A DNA stretch of 64,000 nt from a virus: positions 24,417 to 88,416 of IMG/VR virus record IMGVR_UViG_3300020442_002635; one strand, given 5' to 3'. Positions 35,907-45,283 of the stretch are shown in pieces (within the stretch, counting starts at the first letter, position 1; the number at the start of each line of letters is the position of its first letter). A model generated the notes under the pieces. It saw nothing but the letters and a program-made list of their open reading frames with translations, was not told where the DNA came from and made no database searches. The translations under genes were made by a program, and so were the position numbers.

Positions 35907-38900
35907 TCAAGCAAAGTTTTGTCCAACAACGAACGCATACCACGTAGTTCCACCATCAAAAGTCTTATAGGTGTATATATCAACACCATTTGTAGATGGA
36001 GTTAGTGCTGGAACTAATCCACCACCAGGCCAGTTGACTGTGAGAGCACTGCCCCCATCATCTCTAACATCATCAAAGTCAACAGTATGGAATGGAGAAC
36101 CTGATGCACCTTGAGTGACCTTCAGAGTGAAGGAACTACAATCAGAAGGAATGTTTTGTGCAGTAAACTGCGTTACATCTTCACTTGTAGTTAAGTTAAA
36201 CACCTGAGATGATGCAAGATCAAGAGTAACAACTCCAGAAGAACTTGTTACATTTACTTGATTAGAACTCGTTGTCTTTAATCTAGATAGACCTTCAACA
36301 TCAAATTTCGCTCTAGGAGTTACAGTTCCAACACCAATATTGGCACTACTAGTAGTTATAACTGTTCCTGCTGTACCAACTACAAGATCACTTGTTGTAA
36401 CAATACCAGCAATGATTTGACCTGATGTATTCTGAATCGCGTAATTACCAATAACAGTACTGAATCCAGTGACTGTTGCGTCATTAGCAGTAATGATACC
36501 AACAAATCTTGCTTCAGAATAAACGTGCATTGTAGTTCCAGAAGAACCAACTGCACCAACTGTTAGATCAACATCATCGTTTGGTCTTGTAGTTCCAATA
36601 CCAACTCTTAAAACATCTACTGGATATAACCCTGTTCCAAGGCCAGCAGCAACACCATCCCATCTACTGTCATTTGCAAGATTCGTTAATCCAGAACCAT
36701 CTCCAGTAAATGCTGCTGCAACAACAGATCCAGAAATATCTGCATTGCCGATAATACGAAGTTTCTCACCATTTGCAGTGGTTCCAATACCAACTCCATC
36801 ACCATCAACAGCAAATAGAGTAGATCCACTGCCAACTTGTAATGTTGGTTCGCCAATGGTAGTTGTACCAATGCCAACCTTGTCGAAGATAGCAATGTTT
36901 TCGTTTGTAGAAAGACTTACGCTACCAAAACGACGCCAGTTGTTAGTTACACTGTAAATCCAACCAACATATCCACCATCATCTGGGTTTGCATTGTATA
37001 CAACGTCACCAGGGTTACCAGCAAGAGCAGGAGTTGCAATTCCTACTGTATACTTTCTTGAAACTGTAGTATCGCCCTGGAGGAATAGGGAGTTAGCCTC
37101 AATTCCTCTTGATGATGTAGAAGTTAACTTATTACTAAAGATAACTGGTCCACTGAACTCAGAAGTTGCATTGCCATCATCACCACCCTCAACCTTAATT
37201 GAGCGATTGAATAGTGCTTCAATTGGGTTGATAACATCAATACCTTGCTTGTTACTAATATCTTCACCAGTAACGGTCTGAATTGGAGTATCGAAGATTT
37301 CTTCCTGACCAGTAATGGTACTCATCTTCTTATTTCCATTATAGGAAATACCCTTATCATTCATTCCAGTATAGAAGTTAATACCACCATCTCTCTTAGT
37401 AGATTGTGCTAATAACTCTTCTGGATCTGAAATTTGACGGTCTTGTCTGTCAGGTAAAGCAGTTGAGTAGTTACCAGGACCAAAACCAACATATTCAAAT
37501 GTATGTCCAGATGCACGAGCAATAGAGTGTCTTCTAAGTTCAACTGGATTTACATCAATCTTTCTGATAATAGAGTTTGTAGAGTGCGTTCCAATGCCAG
37601 ACCCAAGAACACCACGGAAGACATCAACAGAAACATCTGTTGAGGCAACTGTTCCTTTAATTCTAAAGATCTCTTCGTCAATAGTGAAGTAATCGCCAAT
37701 ATTAAAGTCAAGCGATTGAAGTCCAGTGATTGCAACAGTATCACCGGTAATATCAGTAATTGGGCTTCCTAATGTAGTGGTGATACCAGCATACATTGAA
37801 GTCATTCTACCATTTAAGTTTTCATCAGTACCAGTTACATTTCCATTGTTAGAACCACCAGTTCGATAACCAAATATTGTTCCAGTCGCTGTAGGTGCAT
37901 ATGTGCCTACACCCAGATTAACTGCAAAGAATGTTCCACTAGTGCCAACAATATTGCTTACTACAAAGTTTCCATTGTAAATTTCTTCATTTGCTCCTGT
38001 GAGACGAATTACATTATCAACTGACAATCCATGGAAGTTATCTGTGCCAACAGTGGCAATTCCACTAAATCTATCATAGTCGATAGAATTAACACGAATT
38101 GCTTCACCAGTTGAATATAAAAATGCATTCGATACTTCAGAGTTAACTAATCCAGAGGCTCCACCAGAACTTACACTATTTGCAGAAACTGCATTGAATG
38201 AGTTCGCAACTCCAACGGGAACTTCAGTAATTCTGTAGAGATCATTGAATGGTTGATAGGTTTCAGAAGTAATTCCTCCAACTCTTACAACATCACCAAC
38301 ATTATCATAAATGCTAGTAACTTGAACAACTGCATCTGTAGGAGATCCAAAGGTTGGAAGTCCTTTGACTGCTAACGTATTACCAATTCCATATCCACTT
38401 CCACCATTCATTACAACTACGTCTTGAACTTCGCCACTTGCATTGACACTTACTTTTGCAGTTGCTCCTTCGCCAGTTGTTGATGCACCAATAGAAACTA
38501 ACTCTGCGTTGTAGAGATCTGCAGATGATCCACTACCATATCCAAGTCCAGCAGAAACAACACTTAAACGAGTAACTCTGTTTAATCCATGATTAATGTC
38601 AGTGAAGATAATATGATCAGTAGAAGAAGATGATGTAATATCAGTTACTCCAACAGCAACTCTTCCATCATCACGATATTTCTTATCAATAGTCTCCCTA
38701 GTGAGACTCTTACGAACATCATCAAGTTTAGTTTCTCCAATTAAAGCAGAAGATGCATGAGTTATTGAAGGTGCAGGATCAGAGTCAGGATTGTCTCTGT
38801 TTGTCTGAGGATATAATTCTTTAACTGGTTGAGAGAACTTTTCTCCTGTAAATGGAGCTACATTTGGAGCATTTGAAGCATTTACTGTAGTTAAGTAATA

Positions 38901-41753
38901 AACACCATCTTGTTCTCCTGCAATATATGGTTGAATCTCTGCTTCTCTATAAACGTAATAAGTATTCTCATATCTCTTTCTCTGGAAATTTGGTAGAGAT
39001 GTAGTTCTGGTGTGAACATTATTAGTAAAGTCACCAGGATCTGTTGCAATACCAACGGTAAAGGTTCTAGTGCTTGTAATACCAGAGACAATAAACGATC
39101 CATTAAATCCAGAGTTATCTTCACCAGTTGTATTATTTGTACTAGTGATCTGATTAAGTTGAACTTCAGATCCAGTAGATAGATTATGTGGCAATTCCGT
39201 AGTTACATTTGCCGTTCCACCTGTCCAATTTGCACTAGAAACAAATCTAAAGTTTCTTTGTTGATTTTCATTCGATAGTGATCCAGATCCAAAGTATGAC
39301 TGTACTTCAGCATCAGTATTTGCAATAGTATGATTAGATTCCTGGAGAATAAATCCTTCTGTTGGTGGTCTTGCTACCTCTCCTCCATTGTTCTTAGGAA
39401 TGACGTATCTATATCTGTAAATCGTATCTACTGCATTTCTATTATCCAGTCTACGATTAAAGAATGTTCTTGCAGTTGCATCTCCTAAAGATCCTGTTCC
39501 TAGTGCATTTACTGCAGAATAAATTGTATTTTCTGTAGATGCAGTAGCAACCTGTACATACCATTGATTTTCAATAGAGTCAAACTGAATTGGGTGGCCG
39601 ATATCACCAGATGATTTATCACTAACTCTACTTACAACACGTAAACCTTCTCCAACTGTATTGAATGCAAGGTTGCTAGGAGTTGTTGAAGTATGAGATA
39701 ATGCATCTGCCAAACTCTTTGCAATCTTAACTTGGGTATTTCCAAGTCCAACGTCATTTGTGTCAGTAATAGCAAAATAAACTCTATTATTATCAAGTCC
39801 ATCTGGCAGTTGTCCAGTTTTGCCAAATACACGAATTGATTCTCCATTTTCCAAATTATGAGATGAATCAAAACTTAGAATATTAGAGACATTGTAATTT
39901 ACTGCATATGCCTTCTCAGAACTATCATTAGATCTAGGCATTACAATGCGTGATGCATATTCAGTAACTGTTCCTGCAACAGCGACGAGAACTTTGAGTT
40001 CATCAGCACTTCTAGCACCAAATCTATATCCTTGGATTACGTTCTGAGGAGGAACATCTTCATTACTCTGCTCATACAAATAAAGTGCTCCAGCAGAAGA
40101 TACTCCAACTGTTTTAGCAACGTCAATTGCATTGAATTCAATAGCATTCTCAACGATTGAAACTTGTTTTGGTGGAATAATGTGAGAAATATACCCTAAA
40201 TCATCTTGAGTGAATGCTGTCTTCTTAAATCCATTAGCTACAAGTGCTCTAGCACCAAAGTTGGAGTTAGAGTTGGTGATTGACATGTCAGAACCACCTT
40301 CTGTAACAAAGTGCTCTGCATATCCAATTGCGAAGATAGAAACATTCTGGAGAAGTGCTTCATTTGTAGCTTTAATATGGAAATTTCGATATGAAGGTTT
40401 GAAAACTGCTCTGGAATTAGTATGTAAGTTTTCGTTTCCAGAAACTGTGCTGTCATCATAAGCACCACTGGATTCATTGAATTTTACAAATGCATTATCG
40501 TCTTTCTGAAGTCCAATACCAGTAAACTGAGCAAGAACTACAGATTTAAATCCGGTTGCCTTATTGCCATCTGCCAATAGACCACACATACCAAATACAG
40601 ATCTCAAGGAGAGATTAAAGATGTATGGAGATGCACCAGTTACAGTATCTGAAGATAATACTAAGTTAGAACCAGTTACTGTTGGAAGTGCATTTGATGG
40701 TGGGTTTTGTACTTGATATGTAATTTGTGTTGCGTTTAATTTCTCGTTTACAACAAATTGACCACTATACCCAGATGCAGTGATTCCTTCCACTCTAAAT
40801 GGTGTATCGACATCCAATCCAGCAACAGCAGATGATGTTGTTACTGTAATAATATTTGTTGACGTAACACCATCTCCAGCCTTGATGCTAGAGATACCTA
40901 CAGATTGTCCAGTAGAACCAACAATACGATATTCATCAATTTTTGGTTGGATATCTAGTGCTGCAGATGGATAATCTGGTTCAATTGCTCTACCAGATGC
41001 AGTTCCATATGCTAAACCTACTTTCTCATAGTACATGTCCAGATCAGTTCTGGTGCTTGAGTATGTTTGGAAAGTATCACTAATATTAACACCATTTACA
41101 CCGTCAGCATACTCAAAACAAGCAAGCTTATGATGTGAGAAATTTGGAACGAACGTGTTAGTAGTGTAATCAAGATAGCACTGACCATTTGGATCAGCAT
41201 CAAACATTGAGAACTGCCAGAAATAGCATCCACCAGTCAATCTGAATAATGCTGATCTTTCAATGTTGTCATTTTCTGGATTTGGGACATATTTTGGTCT
41301 AATTTTTGTTTTACGAAGATCAAGACCAATAATTGAAGTTCCTCTTGGGACAATTACTCCACCATGAACTGAATTTAACTTGTATAGATCATTTTCAGGT
41401 ACAGTCAGATCAAATACAGAGGTTAAATCGAATGGTGGAAAATCATTCGATGTGGTTCCATTTCGTAATCGATAATTATTTGCTCCATCAGGTATCCAAC
41501 CTGGTCTATTATCAACAACATGGTCTCCAGGGTACAATAGAATGGTAGTTTTACCAAATCTATCATTATTAAGACCCCTTTGATAAGAAAATCTTGCAGA
41601 CTCAATTAGAGCCCTTTGAATTGTCTTAAAAGGTCTTGTAAGGGAATTACCCTGATTTTCAATACTATCTGTTGCATCTAAATCGTTGGGGTTAACGTAG
41701 AGAATCGTACCCCTTGCCGACTTTAGAAAATTATCTAATCTGGAGAGACCCAT
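35907..41753 (-). CDS. Large conserved cyanophage virion structural / tail fibre protein
   Basis: MGLSRLDNFLK...YV.P.DLDATDSI.NQGNSL.RPFKTIQRALIE N-terminus; VGIGTT fibre motifs; C-terminal TLDL...WPGG...DGGTTWY module. Confidence 0.75.
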   Translation of the reverse strand: MGLSRLDNFLKSARGTILYVNPNDLDATDSIENQGNSLTRPFKTIQRALIESARFSYQRGLNNDRFGKTTILLYPGDHVVDNRPGWIPDGANNYRLRNGTTSNDFPPFDLTSVFDLTVPENDLYKLNSVHGGVIVPRGTSIIGLDLRKTKIRPKYVPNPENDNIERSALFRLTGGCYFWQFSMFDADPNGQCYLDYTTNTFVPNFSHHKLACFEYADGVNGVNISDTFQTYSSTRTDLDMYYEKVGLAYGTASGRAIEPDYPSAALDIQPKIDEYRIVGSTGQSVGISSIKAGDGVTSTNIITVTTSSAVAGLDVDTPFRVEGITASGYSGQFVVNEKLNATQITYQVQNPPSNALPTVTGSNLVLSSDTVTGASPYIFNLSLRSVFGMCGLLADGNKATGFKSVVLAQFTGIGLQKDDNAFVKFNESSGAYDDSTVSGNENLHTNSRAVFKPSYRNFHIKATNEALLQNVSIFAIGYAEHFVTEGGSDMSITNSNSNFGARALVANGFKKTAFTQDDLGYISHIIPPKQVSIVENAIEFNAIDVAKTVGVSSAGALYLYEQSNEDVPPQNVIQGYRFGARSADELKVLVAVAGTVTEYASRIVMPRSNDSSEKAYAVNYNVSNILSFDSSHNLENGESIRVFGKTGQLPDGLDNNRVYFAITDTNDVGLGNTQVKIAKSLADALSHTSTTPSNLAFNTVGEGLRVVSRVSDKSSGDIGHPIQFDSIENQWYVQVATASTENTIYSAVNALGTGSLGDATARTFFNRRLDNRNAVDTIYRYRYVIPKNNGGEVARPPTEGFILQESNHTIANTDAEVQSYFGSGSLSNENQQRNFRFVSSANWTGGTANVTTELPHNLSTGSEVQLNQITSTNNTTGEDNSGFNGSFIVSGITSTRTFTVGIATDPGDFTNNVHTRTTSLPNFQRKRYENTYYVYREAEIQPYIAGEQDGVYYLTTVNASNAPNVAPFTGEKFSQPVKELYPQTNRDNPDSDPAPSITHASSALIGETKLDDVRKSLTRETIDKKYRDDGRVAVGVTDITSSSSTDHIIFTDINHGLNRVTRLSVVSAGLGYGSGSSADLYNAELVSIGASTTGEGATAKVSVNASGEVQDVVVMNGGSGYGIGNTLAVKGLPTFGSPTDAVVQVTSIYDNVGDVVRVGGITSETYQPFNDLYRITEVPVGVANSFNAVSANSVSSGGASGLVNSEVSNAFLYSTGEAIRVNSIDYDRFSGIATVGTDNFHGLSVDNVIRLTGANEEIYNGNFVVSNIVGTSGTFFAVNLGVGTYAPTATGTIFGYRTGGSNNGNVTGTDENLNGRMTSMYAGITTTLGSPITDITGDTVAITGLQSLDFNIGDYFTIDEEIFRIKGTVASTDVSVDVFRGVLGSGIGTHSTNSIIRKIDVNPVELRRHSIARASGHTFEYVGFGPGNYSTALPDRQDRQISDPEELLAQSTKRDGGINFYTGMNDKGISYNGNKKMSTITGQEEIFDTPIQTVTGEDISNKQGIDVINPIEALFNRSIKVEGGDDGNATSEFSGPVIFSNKLTSTSSRGIEANSLFLQGDTTVSRKYTVGIATPALAGNPGDVVYNANPDDGGYVGWIYSVTNNWRRFGSVSLSTNENIAIFDKVGIGTTTIGEPTLQVGSGSTLFAVDGDGVGIGTTANGEKLRIIGNADISGSVVAAAFTGDGSGLTNLANDSRWDGVAAGLGTGLYPVDVLRVGIGTTRPNDDVDLTVGAVGSSGTTMHVYSEARFVGIITANDATVTGFSTVIGNYAIQNTSGQIIAGIVTTSDLVVGTAGTVITTSSANIGVGTVTPRAKFDVEGLSRLKTTSSNQVNVTSSSGVVTLDLASSQVFNLTTSEDVTQFTAQNIPSDCSSFTLKVTQGASGSPFHTVDFDDVRDDGGSALTVNWPGGGLVPALTPSTNGVDIYTYKTFDGGTTWYAFVVGQNFA

Positions 41754-41793
41754 CTTATTATGCTTATAGTCCGTTACAGATTATTTATCATAC

Positions 41794-41822
41794 AACAAAA
41801 CCTCCCTATTACTAGAGAGGTT
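41794..41822 (-). terminator. Rho-independent terminator ending the early tRNA island
   Basis: AACCTCTCTA-GTAA-TAGGGAGGTT hairpin (GNRA loop, one G-U pair) followed by TTGTT. Confidence 0.75.
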
Positions 41823-41870
41823 CTGAAGCACACGGAAGGGACTGGTTAAGTATCACCAAAATACAATATA

Positions 41871-42059
41871 CTACTCTTTTTTGTTTTTGTCAACACCTAA
41901 TATGTATTCAACTGTATCTGCAACGTCATTCATAGCATCACGAAGGAAAATTCTTTCTCCTGAGTGCTGTTCAATCTTTGTAGTGCCATTTGTATGCTCT
42001 TCACAAAGAGTCCAACGCCACTGCTTCATACTTTTAGAATACCAAAGATTAATCTTCAT
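41871..42059 (-). CDS. Small hypothetical cyanophage protein
   Basis: MKINLWYSKSMKQWRWTL...; GAGG ribosome-binding site upstream. Confidence 0.7.
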   Translation of the reverse strand: MKINLWYSKSMKQWRWTLCEEHTNGTTKIEQHSGERIFLRDAMNDVADTVEYILGVDKNKKE

Positions 42060-42073
42060 AATACCTCTTAATA

Positions 42074-42147
42074 AGCCAACTAACGGACTTGAACCGTTGA
42101 CCTGAGCTTTACAAAAACCCTGCTCTATCCAGCTGAGCTAAGTTGGC
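42074..42147 (-). tRNA. trnT: tRNA-Thr(UGU)
   Basis: GCCAACTTAGCTCAGCTGGATAGAGCA GGGTT-TTTGTAA-AGCTC ...GTTCAAGTCC...GTTGGC cloverleaf. Confidence 0.9.
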
Positions 42148-42149
42148 AG

Positions 42150-42419
42150 TCAATCTACAGGCAATAGTTCTGGATTTTCTAGTTCTAGATCATGCAATAA
42201 AGGATTACATTCCTCCAACAACAAATATACAGCAGATCTATACAAATCTTCCTCTTCATAACATTTTGATGCATTTGCCAATTCAATCACTTCTGCATCA
42301 TGCATTGCAAACTCTGGCAAGTCATCAAAAGTAAAAGGAACGTTTTGTATGAAATACATTAATACGATTTTGGTTTTTTTAAAATACCAACAGTATTTTG
42401 TGTCTATCCTGTATTTCAT
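42150..42419 (-). CDS. Hypothetical cyanophage protein
   Basis: 89-aa ORF between two tRNAs (MYFIQNVPFTFDD...EECNP). Confidence 0.65.
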   Translation of the reverse strand: MKYRIDTKYCWYFKKTKIVLMYFIQNVPFTFDDLPEFAMHDAEVIELANASKCYEEEDLYRSAVYLLLEECNPLLHDLELENPELLPVD

Positions 42420-42453
42420 GGGATTACCCCATATTCCGCAAATATTTAGCGGA

Positions 42454-42538
42454 TGCGAGTGGGGGGACTTGAACCCCCACGACCTTAACAGTCAACAGAT
42501 TTTAAGTCTGGTGCGTCTACCGATTCCGCCACACTCGC
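42454..42538 (-). tRNA. trnL: tRNA-Leu(UAA)
   Basis: GCGAGTGTGGCGGAATCGGTAGACGCA CCAGA-CTTAAAA-TCTG, long variable arm, GTTCAAGTCC; no intron. Confidence 0.9.
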
Positions 42539-42541
42539 AAA

Positions 42542-42613
42542 TAGGACTGCTGGGACTTGAACCCAGATCACTCCGTTATAAGCAGAGGGCCTTCACCTTT
42601 AGGCGACAGTCCC
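42542..42613 (-). tRNA. trnI: tRNA-Ile(UAU)
   Basis: GGGACTG...CTCTG-CTTATAA-CGGAG...GTTCAAGTCCCAGCAGTCCTA; anticodon TAT. Confidence 0.85.
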
Positions 42614-42618
42614 TCAAA

Positions 42619-42789
42619 TCAATCTATTCGATTACCAGATTGATCGTATATAGGGGGATGAAATGCACAATACTCATTAAATGTGATTTTCATCTCCTTA
42701 TGAGTCAGGTTAGCATTCTTTGCTGCTTTTGGCAAATTCCACTTCGCTGAGAATAACATTTCCATAGACTGTCGCGTTTCTGGTCTCAT
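42619..42789 (-). CDS. Small hypothetical cyanophage protein (56 aa, not in the ORF track)
   Basis: Hand-translated MRPETRQSMEMLFSAKWNLPKAAKNANLTHKEMKITFNEYCAFHPPIYDQSGNRID*. Confidence 0.6.
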   Translation of the reverse strand: MRPETRQSMEMLFSAKWNLPKAAKNANLTHKEMKITFNEYCAFHPPIYDQSGNRID

Positions 42790-42932
42790 ACTCGTAGCAC
42801 TCTAAGATTTCTTCGTAAAAATTTGGATTATGGGAATACCAATAGTGAGTCATTTTTTCTAAAAAACCTCCGAAGGTCAAAAATTTGCCGGGTTTTTTTT
42901 CGCCCCAAAATGGAATTAAAAGCTAATTTTGG

Positions 42933-43115
42933 TTAGAGGGGGTCTGCATACGCAAGTGTATCTTCATCAAGTAAACCACGACAAAGTTCAAGAACAGTCA
43001 TGAATTGATCCACTGTTTCACATTCAATCTCACGTTCATCGCCTTGTTCGGAATAGATGTAAAACTTACGCTTCACTGGATCTACAACGCATCGACTTAG
43101 AAAATCTTCTTCCAT
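42933..43115 (-). CDS. Small acidic hypothetical protein, first gene of the early island
   Basis: Lies directly downstream of the consensus sigma70 promoter. Confidence 0.7.
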   Translation of the reverse strand: MEEDFLSRCVVDPVKRKFYIYSEQGDEREIECETVDQFMTVLELCRGLLDEDTLAYADPL

Positions 43116-43138
43116 GTGGTTCGTTTGTTTACCTGCTT

Positions 43139-43167
43139 ATTATACGACGACTAGGGGTCCCTGTCAA
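43139..43167 (-). promoter_or_regulatory. Sigma70-type early promoter
   Basis: Perfect TTGACA-N17-TATAAT on the minus strand. Confidence 0.9.
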
Positions 43168-43817
43168 CCCCTTGCATCATAGTCATACCCAGAGATCGAG
43201 AACTGTCTTGACCCACCTGGATAATCTGCAGGAGTCTCTCCTTCATACTCAACAATCAATGGCTCTCCATCAATTCTAGATGCATGAATGGTATAGAAAC
43301 AGTTGATTGCTGTTGCATTTCCAGATTTAATATACACCTTACCAGATTCAATCTTATCAATAATCAAATCCTGAGAAGATCCAATCTGAGTAAGAGAAAC
43401 TGTAATCGATTCTGGATCAATCAATCCACTCCAATAGTCAGGAAGATTGATTACACTATTACCAGTAAGTTTTCCTCGTACATATACTCCAGCCTCTGGA
43501 CCCTCTAAGCAAATATGACGAAGACGTTGACCCTCCTTGTTTGGGTGCTTGATATCAAAACCTTTCCAGGATTGAACATTGATATTTCCTTGAAAAGTTG
43601 GAAAAGTACACGTTCCTGAACCATCAATGTCTTGATTTACCTGCAAGTTGTCAATCTGACCATTGCCATGATACCAAGGTAAGCAAGCTTCATCTGGATA
43701 ATTATCTTCATCTGCCTGACCTTTGTAAATATAGTCAAAACGAGTAGACTTTTGCCCCCAAGTTTCAAAATCTCTACAATCTTTACCACCTGAACCTGGT
43801 ACGTATTCGCCTGCCAT
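43164..43817 (-). CDS. Baseplate/tail-associated protein (FDIxHP...RLRHxCxEGP domain)
   Basis: Paralog of 43820..44608; follows the gp5-like genes. Confidence 0.6.
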   Translation of the reverse strand: MAGEYVPGSGGKDCRDFETWGQKSTRFDYIYKGQADEDNYPDEACLPWYHGNGQIDNLQVNQDIDGSGTCTFPTFQGNINVQSWKGFDIKHPNKEGQRLRHICLEGPEAGVYVRGKLTGNSVINLPDYWSGLIDPESITVSLTQIGSSQDLIIDKIESGKVYIKSGNATAINCFYTIHASRIDGEPLIVEYEGETPADYPGGSRQFSISGYDYDARG

Positions 43818-43819
43818 TT

Positions 43820-44608
43820 TTAAACCTCTCTTTTGTCGTAGTGATAACCTGAAACAGAATATTCATCATTGTTTCCTGGATAATCTGCAGGAGATTCTCC
43901 CTCATACTCAGGAATAAGTCTTTCCCCATCTGCACGAGTTCCATAGATGTGGAAGAAACAATCAATAGGCATACCTCCATGAGATTGAAGATATACTTTA
44001 CTCTCATCAATACGTTTTACAATTACGTTTTGATGAGCACCTACTGGTGTTAAATTTACTGTGATTGTAGTCCAATCAACCAACTCTTTCCAGTATTCTG
44101 GAAGAGTAATTTCTTTTCTATTTGTAATCCTGCCTCTAAAGTAAACATCGTTTGATGGACCTTCAGGACAGGTATGTCTTAATCGATATCCTTCTTTTGT
44201 TGGGTGCGGAATATCAAAATTTTTCTTTGCAGCAAGAACATGTCCACCACAATTGGAGATAACATTGCCCTGAACAAGACAATTACCACCAACAATCACA
44301 TTTGCTGCGGTTTCAACAGGGCCCATAAATCCTGCAGCACCATTAACCGCAAGTGAAAATGGATTACTTGGTGCTCCATAACAAAATCCACCAGGAATCA
44401 CTGGTGTTGGCGCATCATCATTAGTTAATGGAGCAATATTTACTGTTGCATATGGAAATGGAAATGTTGTAGGATTTCCCATCACAACAGGTCCTTCCAT
44501 CATTGCAGATCCATTTACTTTCGTAGGACCCTCACCAGTAGCTATACAAAGACCTGTTCCAACTTTTAGTTGTCCACCGATGTTAGCGTCGTCTAAATTA
44601 AAAGACAT
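43820..44608 (-). CDS. Baseplate/tail-associated protein (FDIxHP...RLRHxCxEGP domain)
   Basis: C-terminal domain shared with 43164..43817 through EYEGE.PADYPG...SGY.YD. Confidence 0.6.
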   Translation of the reverse strand: MSFNLDDANIGGQLKVGTGLCIATGEGPTKVNGSAMMEGPVVMGNPTTFPFPYATVNIAPLTNDDAPTPVIPGGFCYGAPSNPFSLAVNGAAGFMGPVETAANVIVGGNCLVQGNVISNCGGHVLAAKKNFDIPHPTKEGYRLRHTCPEGPSNDVYFRGRITNRKEITLPEYWKELVDWTTITVNLTPVGAHQNVIVKRIDESKVYLQSHGGMPIDCFFHIYGTRADGERLIPEYEGESPADYPGNNDEYSVSGYHYDKREV

Positions 44609-44620
44609 TTTTACCTCCTA

Positions 44621-45259
44621 TTAGTTGCCTTGCTGTTCTTGCTGATATTTTTGCCCTGCAACTTTAGAGTCTTTAAGAGCACACCCATCACTTACTCCTC
44701 TAATAATAGATCCATACATTTTCAAAACACCATTTGCAATCACTTCACCTGTTCCTGGAGTTACTATTTTATATTTACTTTTAGCAGTAACCAGAAACTT
44801 TTTACAATCTAGTTTGATTGATTCTGTGGCAGTCATTTGAATATTGCCTTGGGTATTATCACCTCTAGCAACTAGTTCAATATCATCTGCTTCCATTCTA
44901 ATCTTGCCATTGGAAGCCTTGATAATAATATTACCATTTTTTGCTTCTATAATCAAGCTGTCTTGGGCAACTTCATTATCACTACCACATTCAAGTTGAA
45001 AATTCCCTGGAGATGTTGATGATGTCCATCCTTTTCTAGGACCATCCTTATCTAATGAAAATTGATGACGACCATCAGGAGTATTCAAAAGGACAGCAGC
45101 TGTCACATCACCAGGTTTATGAATATGCCCAAAACTAATTGACCCATGGTCATTTCCATAGGTTATAGCAGTATAATTTTGTTTTACAGTATCTGTAGGA
45201 TTCTGACTTGAATCGCTACCAGATAACCTATCAGTTTTTGTATTTCTAGCAGTTGCCAT
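44621..45259 (-). CDS. Baseplate spike beta-helix-like protein (gp5 C-terminal-like)
   Basis: I.A.NG.I.I.A..G.I.M.A.DI.L.A beta-strand repeats; position in the gp5 cluster. Confidence 0.5.
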   Translation of the reverse strand: MATARNTKTDRLSGSDSSQNPTDTVKQNYTAITYGNDHGSISFGHIHKPGDVTAAVLLNTPDGRHQFSLDKDGPRKGWTSSTSPGNFQLECGSDNEVAQDSLIIEAKNGNIIIKASNGKIRMEADDIELVARGDNTQGNIQMTATESIKLDCKKFLVTAKSKYKIVTPGTGEVIANGVLKMYGSIIRGVSDGCALKDSKVAGQKYQQEQQGN

Positions 45260-45283
45260 CGAGTTTTAATACCTCTAGTCTAT

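Noticed and set aside
42454-42538. Group I intron in tRNA-Leu(UAA)
   Set aside because: The anticodon loop is contiguous, so there is no intron.
42349-42750. 133-aa + strand ORF
   Set aside because: Antisense to two tRNAs and small ORFs; spurious.
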